NCBI GenBank assembly: GCA_964230645.1
Contig: CAXRHT010000002.1
Location: 1,056,001 to 1,120,000 of the forward strand
Source: Bdellovibrionales bacterium
Lineage (GTDB): Bacteria; Bdellovibrionota; Bdellovibrionia; Bdellovibrionales; JAGQZY01
Length of the DNA stretch: 64,000 nucleotides
Direction: 5' to 3'
In this document: positions 57,320-64,000 of the stretch, in pieces
How positions within the stretch are numbered: position 1 is the stretch's first letter
How the letters are laid out: every line of letters starts with the position of its first letter
Translations under genes and position numbers: made by a program
Notes under the pieces: model-generated
Seen by the model: only the letters and a program-made list of their open reading frames with translations
Database searches by the model: none
Told to the model about the DNA's origin: nothing

Positions 57320-58333
57320 TTAGGCAAATTGCGCCATAACCTCATTTAATTGCTCCTCTGTGGGTCGCAAAGTGGACTCATCGAGCTCACTAAGAGGCTT
57401 TACAGAGAGACTCTCGTCCTGCACCAAATTGGAGTGCTTTTTATCGAAGTAGAAAAGACCGGTGGCAAATTCGTTTTGCTGCTTAGCCTCAATTAAAACC
57501 TTCATCGCCGCTTGTGGGTCATGAACGTCATGGCTGTGCTCATCCACTTTTGTGAGAGCAAGCTTTGAGCCATCGTGGAGTTCAACAAGAGTTGAGCCCT
57601 CATAATCCACCGCAATCTCCTCTTTGGCTTCGATATAACCAAGAGACTGAAGCTGGAATTTTCGCTCTTTGACAGCGTCATAGCTTTTTGTGGAGCCTGG
57701 ATGGTTGGCAAAAGTCACACAGGGCGAGATCACATCAATAAAGGCTGTGCCCTCATATTCCATGGCCGCACGAACCAGTGGAACCAATTGTTTGGCGTCC
57801 CCTGAAAAAGAGCGTGCCACAAATCCACAGCCCATCTCGATAGCAAGCGAACAGAGGTCGATAGAAGAGTAAGTGTTGATCTCCCCTGATTTGCGGCTAG
57901 AGCCCTCATCCGCGGTGGCTGAAAACTGCCCCTTGGTGAGTCCATAAACTCCATTATTTTCCACGATATAAACCATGGGAACATTTCGACGCAGAAGATG
58001 GCAAAAACCGCCAAGACCAATGCTGGCGGAGTCCCCATCTCCGGAAATTCCGATGATTTTTAAATCACGGTTAGCCATCTTAGCTCCAGTAGCTAATGGG
58101 GCCATACGCCCATGAAGACTGTTAAAACCGGCCGACTTTTCTAGGAAATAGGTGGGAGTTTTTGAGGAACAACCAATCCCTGAAATTTTTGCCACCTTAT
58201 GAGGGTCGATCGATGATTTATAAAGAGCGGAGATGATGTGGTTTGTGATGCTATCGTGCCCACACCCAGAGCAAAGAGTCGACTTTGCTCCCATATAACT
58301 TTTTCGATCCAATCCTAGTGCATTAGTTGACAT
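57320..58333 (-). CDS. korB: 2-oxoacid:ferredoxin oxidoreductase beta subunit
   Basis: CSGCG, SGIGCSS, TPP motif GDGD..NNGVYGLTKGQ, SPCVTF. Confidence 0.9.
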   Translation of the reverse strand: MSTNALGLDRKSYMGAKSTLCSGCGHDSITNHIISALYKSSIDPHKVAKISGIGCSSKTPTYFLEKSAGFNSLHGRMAPLATGAKMANRDLKIIGISGDGDSASIGLGGFCHLLRRNVPMVYIVENNGVYGLTKGQFSATADEGSSRKSGEINTYSSIDLCSLAIEMGCGFVARSFSGDAKQLVPLVRAAMEYEGTAFIDVISPCVTFANHPGSTKSYDAVKERKFQLQSLGYIEAKEEIAVDYEGSTLVELHDGSKLALTKVDEHSHDVHDPQAAMKVLIEAKQQNEFATGLFYFDKKHSNLVQDESLSVKPLSELDESTLRPTEEQLNEVMAQFA

Positions 58334-60116
58334 GCTGACCTCGATTTTTAAGATTCGTGGCTAAAATTTCTGGACACAAAGGTAGACCGTCACAATTGGT
58401 CTGACTGGAAATTTTACGAGCCAAGCTTGGAAACTCCGCTCTCATTAACTCACCCATTTGTCCATGTTGGTTCTGCTCAATGATCACCACTTCGTCATGA
58501 GCCTCAATAAATTCTTTAACATCATTATGAAAAGGATAGGCTTTAAGCCTCATTACACTGACGTCTTTTTCACCCATAATATCTAAAAGCTCTTCGACCA
58601 CTAGGTCTGTGGACCCAAAATAGACGTAAGCTTTTTTATTATCTTTTCCTTCACGCACCTCAGGTGAGGGAACCATGGTTTTAATGGTTTCCCATTTGCG
58701 GTCCAAGCGGTTCATTAAATTTTGATAGTTATCGGGAGCCTCAGAGTATTTTGCCTCTGGGGTGTGACCCGTTCCTCTGGTAAAATAAGCCGCCAGATCA
58801 TGATCCGTCCCCGGTAAAGTTCTATAGGGAATCCCATCGCCATCCACATCGGCGTAACGAGCAAAGCTTTCTAACTTTTCAAGATCCTCTTTTTTCAAAA
58901 CCTTGCCACGATCAAAGCCAGTCTTTGGATATTCAAACCTGTCGCTCATCCAAAAGTTCATCCCTAAATCAAGATCACTAAGGATAAAGACAGGTGTCTG
59001 CGCCCTTTCACTTAAATCAAAAGCAAGGTTGGCAAAATCAAAACACTCTTTGGGTGTCGCTGGGAAAAACACGGGATGTCTTGTATCCCCATGGGAGCAA
59101 CGAGCCGCCGCAAGGACATCTCCCTGCGATGTTCTTGTAGGAAGTCCTGTGGAAGGCCCCATACGCTGAACATCCCAAATCACTCCGGGAATTTCTGCAA
59201 AATACATAAGCCCTATGGTTTCAGCCATAAGACTGATGCCGGGACCTGACGTTGTCGTCATGGCTCTGGCTCCGGCCCAACCGGCCCCTGCGACCATTGA
59301 AATAGCACTAAGCTCATCTTCAGACTGCACCATAGAAAATTGCTTCTGCCCATCAGAGGTCACTCGCAATTTGTTACAGAAATCTTCAAAACTCTCAGCC
59401 AATGAACTACTGGGAGTGATCGGATACCAAGAAGCAAAGCTACATCCCGCATACACAAAACCAAGAGCGCCTGAAGTATTGCCATCAATCAGGATTTTAT
59501 CTCGAGTGAGGTTTCTTTCTTCAACCTTGATACCCCAGTCCTCTTTACTTAAGTTTTCTTTGACGTACTCGCGGCCAATATTTACAGCCTTTTTGTTGAT
59601 TTCAAAAACGGACTCTTTCCCTTTGAATTGATGCTCAATGGTTTCAGCCACCACATGCTCAGGAATTTGTAATATCTCTGTGAGAGCTCCCACGTAGATC
59701 ATATTCACTAAAAGTTTTTTTAGCTGAATGGATTTTGTGACCTCTTTACAAAGATCGTTAAAATTGATTCCAAGAGTTCGTACGCCTTCAGGAAATTCTT
59801 CCGGGTTCGTACGTAGACCATCGTTGTAGATAAAAAGGCCGCCGGGCTTTAGCCACTGGAAATCCTCAATGATCGTGTCGCGGTTCATGGCGATGACGAT
59901 ATCGCTACTGGGTTTGCGCCCCACATAGCCTTTTTCACTGGCTCTAATTGAAAACCAAGTGGGAAGGCCTGCGATATTGGACGGAAAAAGGTTTTTCCCT
60001 GAAACAGGCACTCCCATTTTAAAAATGGATCTCATTAAAATATTGTTGGCCGATTGGCTCCCACTTCCATTGACTGTCGCCACAGTTACAGAAAAATCAT
60101 TCACAATTTGGGACAA
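58323..60116 (-). CDS. korA: 2-oxoacid:ferredoxin oxidoreductase alpha subunit (gamma-alpha fusion)
   Basis: NGSGSQS, YPITPSS, EDELSA, TSGPG, QRMGPSTGLPT. Confidence 0.9.
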   Translation of the reverse strand: MSQIVNDFSVTVATVNGSGSQSANNILMRSIFKMGVPVSGKNLFPSNIAGLPTWFSIRASEKGYVGRKPSSDIVIAMNRDTIIEDFQWLKPGGLFIYNDGLRTNPEEFPEGVRTLGINFNDLCKEVTKSIQLKKLLVNMIYVGALTEILQIPEHVVAETIEHQFKGKESVFEINKKAVNIGREYVKENLSKEDWGIKVEERNLTRDKILIDGNTSGALGFVYAGCSFASWYPITPSSSLAESFEDFCNKLRVTSDGQKQFSMVQSEDELSAISMVAGAGWAGARAMTTTSGPGISLMAETIGLMYFAEIPGVIWDVQRMGPSTGLPTRTSQGDVLAAARCSHGDTRHPVFFPATPKECFDFANLAFDLSERAQTPVFILSDLDLGMNFWMSDRFEYPKTGFDRGKVLKKEDLEKLESFARYADVDGDGIPYRTLPGTDHDLAAYFTRGTGHTPEAKYSEAPDNYQNLMNRLDRKWETIKTMVPSPEVREGKDNKKAYVYFGSTDLVVEELLDIMGEKDVSVMRLKAYPFHNDVKEFIEAHDEVVIIEQNQHGQMGELMRAEFPSLARKISSQTNCDGLPLCPEILATNLKNRGQHVN

Positions 60117-60249
60117 AACATTACCTCACTTTTACACCGGGACACTGAATTTTAGTGGACTCAAGGGCGTCTTTCAACGAGGGAGCAAATCACGATATGA
60201 TGTGTCGCAACCCGCTTTTCCCTCTGTTGTGGTGCCTTTTAGCTGTTTT

Positions 60250-60984
60250 TTAGACAGGAGATTTGATCTCCACATCAGGATCGATCTCCTGGACCCACTC
60301 AACATACTTTTTATGGATCATCTCTTTGTTTCCAGGAGGACAAACAGGGCCCACATACATCTCAAGCTTCCCAGGGCTTGGCAGAAGCTGCCCCTTGGGC
60401 CACAGATTGCTATTGCCTTTGATATAAAGGAAAAGAATGGGGGTTGAGGTCTCCTGAGAAAAAAGGCTGATCCCACGACGGAATTCTTGAATTTTACCAT
60501 CCTTAGACCTTGTGCCCTCAGGAAAGAAAATCATCCACATCTTATCAAGCTCGGTGAGAAGAGTGAGAACAAGCTTTACGGCCTCCCCCTTTTTATCTTT
60601 CCGGTCGATAGGGATAGCACCCAGGCAGTGCTTGGAAAAGAAATCAAAAACGGGATTACCGAAAAAGTAGTCCTTAGCCGCTGTGACATAGAGCTGAGGC
60701 CAGTAGCGAAAAGGAATAGCGGCAGCCATAGAGGTGGCATCAAGATGGCTGGCATGGTTAGAAATAATGATGAGCTTTGGGTAGTTTTTCGCCACCGTAT
60801 GAAACTCCCCATGAAGTTTAATACGCACATAAAAGCGGTAAGCCAGAGCTTTTAAAAAAATCGCCCAAAGCGCACGAAAAAACTTAGAGGTGAGATCAAA
60901 ATGGCGAGTGAACAGTGGCAAATGCTTCAAATAAGGGGGGAGCTTCATCCATTGTTCGTTCTCATAGTCCCACTCCCAACTCAC
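60250..60984 (-). CDS. Lysophospholipid (1-acyl-G3P) acyltransferase, PlsC family
   Basis: NHASHLD (HX4D), FFPEGTRS. Confidence 0.88.
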   Translation of the reverse strand: MSWEWDYENEQWMKLPPYLKHLPLFTRHFDLTSKFFRALWAIFLKALAYRFYVRIKLHGEFHTVAKNYPKLIIISNHASHLDATSMAAAIPFRYWPQLYVTAAKDYFFGNPVFDFFSKHCLGAIPIDRKDKKGEAVKLVLTLLTELDKMWMIFFPEGTRSKDGKIQEFRRGISLFSQETSTPILFLYIKGNSNLWPKGQLLPSPGKLEMYVGPVCPPGNKEMIHKKYVEWVQEIDPDVEIKSPV

Positions 60985-61892
60985 TGCACTTCTCCTAGTA
61001 AAAAGAGAACGTAGTGAGCAATGGGGGCCACAAACACAAGGCGATCGAGGCGACTAAAAAAGTCCCCACGTCCAAGGATAAATGAATCCGTGACTTTAAT
61101 ACCAAGATCTCGCCTAACCACTGCCAACACCGAATCCCCTGTGCTTGCAAAAAGCACACAGGTCAAACTCACCGCTCCCCAGTAAAATTCGGTTCTTACT
61201 GGTAGAAGGTGGCGCATGCCCCACCCCAAAAGAACGGTGATCATTCCAGCGAGAACAAAACCCTCGAGGCTTCTTTTAGGTGTGATATTTGAGATTAGTT
61301 TGAAGTTTTTAAGATAGCGGCTAATCGCAAGATAAATGGTATCAAAAAACTCGGTGAGCATAATGATATAAATGATGATGTAAACACCACCATCCATCTT
61401 CATAATCCACCCCAGGTGCAAGAAAGCCCAGATGAAACAAAAGTTTAAAAGGGTTAAAGCTATGTACTGCACCATATGCTTATAGGAGTTTCTTAGAAGA
61501 GGAATAAAACAGACCATAAAAAACATAAAAATCGGCATCAAGTTATAGATGTCGATAAAGTTTCGATAAATACAGTAGGCTGAAAACATAATGGCCAAAT
61601 AACAGGCCCAAACAAAGTTCGAGCGATGGTACATGCCTGTCATTTGAAAGAAGTTTTTAGCTCCGTAAATAGAAACAAATGCCAAAACCACCAGGGGATA
61701 AGGCCAGGCCAAAGCAAGGGCTAAGAATATAAACGGTACAGTTAAAAGCCAGCTTCCTGTATTGGCCGCTCCCTTTACAAAGCGGGGGTCCATTTTATTA
61801 ATAAAGGTCTGTAAAAGATTGATGACCAATAAAACACCAAAAACGAGGACCGCTGTCTCTTGAAATTTATATTCGAACAATAGTTCCCACAT
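60981..61892 (-). CDS. Phosphatidate cytidylyltransferase family (CdsA/YnbB-like)
   Basis: Polytopic; ITPKRSLEG, GDSVLAVVRRDLGIK, RLDRL. Confidence 0.8.
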   Translation of the reverse strand: MWELLFEYKFQETAVLVFGVLLVINLLQTFINKMDPRFVKGAANTGSWLLTVPFIFLALALAWPYPLVVLAFVSIYGAKNFFQMTGMYHRSNFVWACYLAIMFSAYCIYRNFIDIYNLMPIFMFFMVCFIPLLRNSYKHMVQYIALTLLNFCFIWAFLHLGWIMKMDGGVYIIIYIIMLTEFFDTIYLAISRYLKNFKLISNITPKRSLEGFVLAGMITVLLGWGMRHLLPVRTEFYWGAVSLTCVLFASTGDSVLAVVRRDLGIKVTDSFILGRGDFFSRLDRLVFVAPIAHYVLFLLGEVQ

Positions 61893-61900
61893 TTTGCACC

Positions 61901-63244
61901 CTACTTTTTAAGCTCTAAGCTATGGTCCTTAACCTTCTTATAAAGACTGGATCTTGAGATCTTGAGCTTTTTTGCTAGATCATCCACATCGAGGTCAAGT
62001 TTCAACGCCTCAATCATCACTCTTTTCTCATAGTCTTCTAATAATTTCTGTAAACCCTTATCCAGTGAAATATCTTCACCCCCAGCTGTACTACTGCCTC
62101 CTTGCAGAAGAGCTCTAGAAACGTCCTCTCCTCGAATGATGGGAAGAGGGGCCATGAGTGAAAGATGCTCGCAAATTCTTTTCAACTGACGCACATTTCC
62201 GGGCCAAGAGTACTCCATTAAAGCCTCAATAGCATCTTCTCCCATGGTTTTTTTCATGGTCACATCCCGTGCCCCTAAAAAAAACTGACAAAGCTCTTTA
62301 ATATCCTCTTTTCTTTCTCTCAGGGGAGGAATGACAAGCTTGTGACCACTCAGGCGATACATAAGGTCTTCTCGGAACTTTTCTTTAGACACCATGTCTT
62401 CCATTTTTTCGTTGGTGGCAGCGATCACTCGCACCTGCACTTTTTGAATCTCTGTGGCACCCACCTTTTGAAACTCGCCACTTTCAAGAAACCTTAAAAG
62501 CTTCGCTTGATGAGAAAGGCTTAAGGCTTCAATTTCATCAAGAAACAAATCCCCACCATGGGCTCTTTCAACAAGGCCGGCTTTATTGTGTATGGCCCCC
62601 GTGAAAGAGCCCTTTACGTGTCCAAAAAGTTCGGATTCAAAAAGGTTTTCTGAAAGAGCTGCCACATTTATAGCCACAAAAGGTCTTTCTTTCCATGATT
62701 GATGGATGAGTTGGGCGACCACTTCTTTCCCTGTCCCCGACTCCCCTTCAATGAGAATCGGTGCTTTTTCTTGCTTCATGTTCGCCACAAAACGCCTTAT
62801 TTCATCGGAAGCCTTTGACTGCCCAATCCATTGGGTTTGGTTTTCTTTTTTATCAAGGCTTACACCTCTTAAAGCCCACAAAGCTTCAATCTTTTCAAGT
62901 AAGAGGAGGAGTTCATCGGCTGAAAGAGGTTTTGCTAAAAATCGACTCGCTCCCGCTTTAAGCGCTGATTCCATGGTGTCACGCCTAAGATCTCCTGACA
63001 TGGCCACAACTTCCGAGAGGCTTTGTTTAGAAAGCTTTTTCATCACATCAAAACCCTCGGTTTTATCCAAGTCTCCAGTCAAATGCACATCCACAAGGGC
63101 TGCGTGAAAGAACTCATCTTTATTGATTTGGTTACGCTCTCTTGCCACGAGATCCCAATGCTCTGGCAAACAGAGCGAAATGGTATCCACCACAAGAGGA
63201 TCATCGTCGATCACTAAAAGGCGAAGCCTGGCTTGATTAGTCAC
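61901..63244 (-). CDS. Sigma54-dependent NtrC-family response regulator
   Basis: REC, GESGTGKE, ESELFGHVKGSFTGA, LFLDEI, WPGNVRQL, Fis HTH. Confidence 0.92.
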   Translation of the reverse strand: MTNQARLRLLVIDDDPLVVDTISLCLPEHWDLVARERNQINKDEFFHAALVDVHLTGDLDKTEGFDVMKKLSKQSLSEVVAMSGDLRRDTMESALKAGASRFLAKPLSADELLLLLEKIEALWALRGVSLDKKENQTQWIGQSKASDEIRRFVANMKQEKAPILIEGESGTGKEVVAQLIHQSWKERPFVAINVAALSENLFESELFGHVKGSFTGAIHNKAGLVERAHGGDLFLDEIEALSLSHQAKLLRFLESGEFQKVGATEIQKVQVRVIAATNEKMEDMVSKEKFREDLMYRLSGHKLVIPPLRERKEDIKELCQFFLGARDVTMKKTMGEDAIEALMEYSWPGNVRQLKRICEHLSLMAPLPIIRGEDVSRALLQGGSSTAGGEDISLDKGLQKLLEDYEKRVMIEALKLDLDVDDLAKKLKISRSSLYKKVKDHSLELKK

Positions 63245-63423
63245 TATCCCTCACTTTTCAAGACATTTGCGATTATTTTATTGAACTTTTCGAGCCTTTA
63301 AAAGGAAAGCCCCCTTTTTTTGGCCACATCGTTCCATTGTTAGGAAACTCACTACCAGTTGGCATCTTATGGAGTCTCCGCTAGAATCGCTCTAAAGAAT
63401 CATTCAATAAAAAGGGAAAAAAT

Positions 63424-64000
63424 ATGAAAGTGGCTCTACTCGAAGGCATCCATGAAGTGGCAAAAGAAAATCTCACAGCCCAAGGGCACCAGGTGGAGAT
63501 TTTTAAGCAGTCCTTTGCCGATGAAGAGCTTATTGATATTCTTAAAGACTACGAAGCTGTGGGTATTCGCTCAAAAACCCAGATGACTGAAAAAGTCTTA
63601 GAGAAATCAAGACACCTCAATGCCATTGGCTGCTTTTGTATCGGCACCAACCAGGTCAATCTCAATGCCGCTAAAAACTTAGGAATTCCCGTTTTCAATG
63701 CCCCTCATAGCAATACTCGATCCGTGGCCGAGCTTGTTCTTTGTGAAGTCGTGGCCCTTTCAAGAAACCTTTTTGATATGAGCTCAAAAGTTCACCGAGG
63801 TGACTGGCAAAAATCAGCCGCCGGTTCCTACGAGGTGCGTGGAAAAACTATTGGAATTGTGGGTTATGGTCACATTGGAAGCCAGGTGAGTATTTTAGCC
63901 GAAGCCTTTGGCCTCAATGTTATCTATTACGATGTGATGAAAAAACTTCCCCTGGGGAACTCTCATCAAGTGGGAAGTTTAAAAGAGCTTTTAGAAACTT
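63424..64000 (+). CDS. serA: D-3-phosphoglycerate dehydrogenase, 3'-truncated by window edge
   Basis: Read manually from ATG 63424: GIRSKT, GCFCIGTNQV, NAPHSNTRSVAEL, GIVGYGHIGSQ. Confidence 0.93.
   Translation, partial: MKVALLEGIHEVAKENLTAQGHQVEIFKQSFADEELIDILKDYEAVGIRSKTQMTEKVLEKSRHLNAIGCFCIGTNQVNLNAAKNLGIPVFNAPHSNTRSVAELVLCEVVALSRNLFDMSSKVHRGDWQKSAAGSYEVRGKTIGIVGYGHIGSQVSILAEAFGLNVIYYDVMKKLPLGNSHQVGSLKELLET

Noticed and set aside
62595..62625. GSFTGA instead of GAFTGA in the sigma54 activator
   Set aside because: Common natural variant; not evidence of lost or novel function

Overview
A gene-dense, AT-rich bacterial chromosome segment. The gene set points to a Bdellovibrionota (Bdellovibrionales-like) predator: a RomR-like polarity regulator beside lptG/def/fmt/rpe/hutHU, archaeal-type topoisomerase VI, mitochondrial-type aconitase, FxNC-type lipoprotein signals and many prepilin-like genes. 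Core genes include tex, lpxD, hppA, hutH/hutU, rpe, fmt, def, lptG, nadC, birA, aconitase, top6A/B, bolA-grxD, a photolyase, korAB, plsC/cdsA-like genes, an NtrC-type regulator, serA (partial) and tRNA-Arg(TCT). I see no CRISPR-cas, prophage, integrase or transposase. Most notable: (1) two independent but identically built 'split' phosphorelay modules (non-hybrid HK, single-domain REC, stand-alone Hpt, REC with PilZ-like output), each behind a sigma28-type promoter. Five of their nine proteins end in Ala-Ala (ssrA/ClpXP-like degron); in one operon an identical 13-bp cassette encodes this tail and doubles as the next gene's ribosome-binding site. (2) Topo VI-B with a histone-H1-like lysine tail. 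(3) A thrombospondin-repeat surface lipoprotein that appears to start at a non-canonical ATC/ATT codon. (4) Several non-coding elements: a MITE-like long inverted repeat, two REP-derived tandem arrays, a strand-specific hairpin RNA with an anti-SD loop, and a duplication of the tRNA 3' end. All family calls come from motif recognition by eye; no database searches were run.
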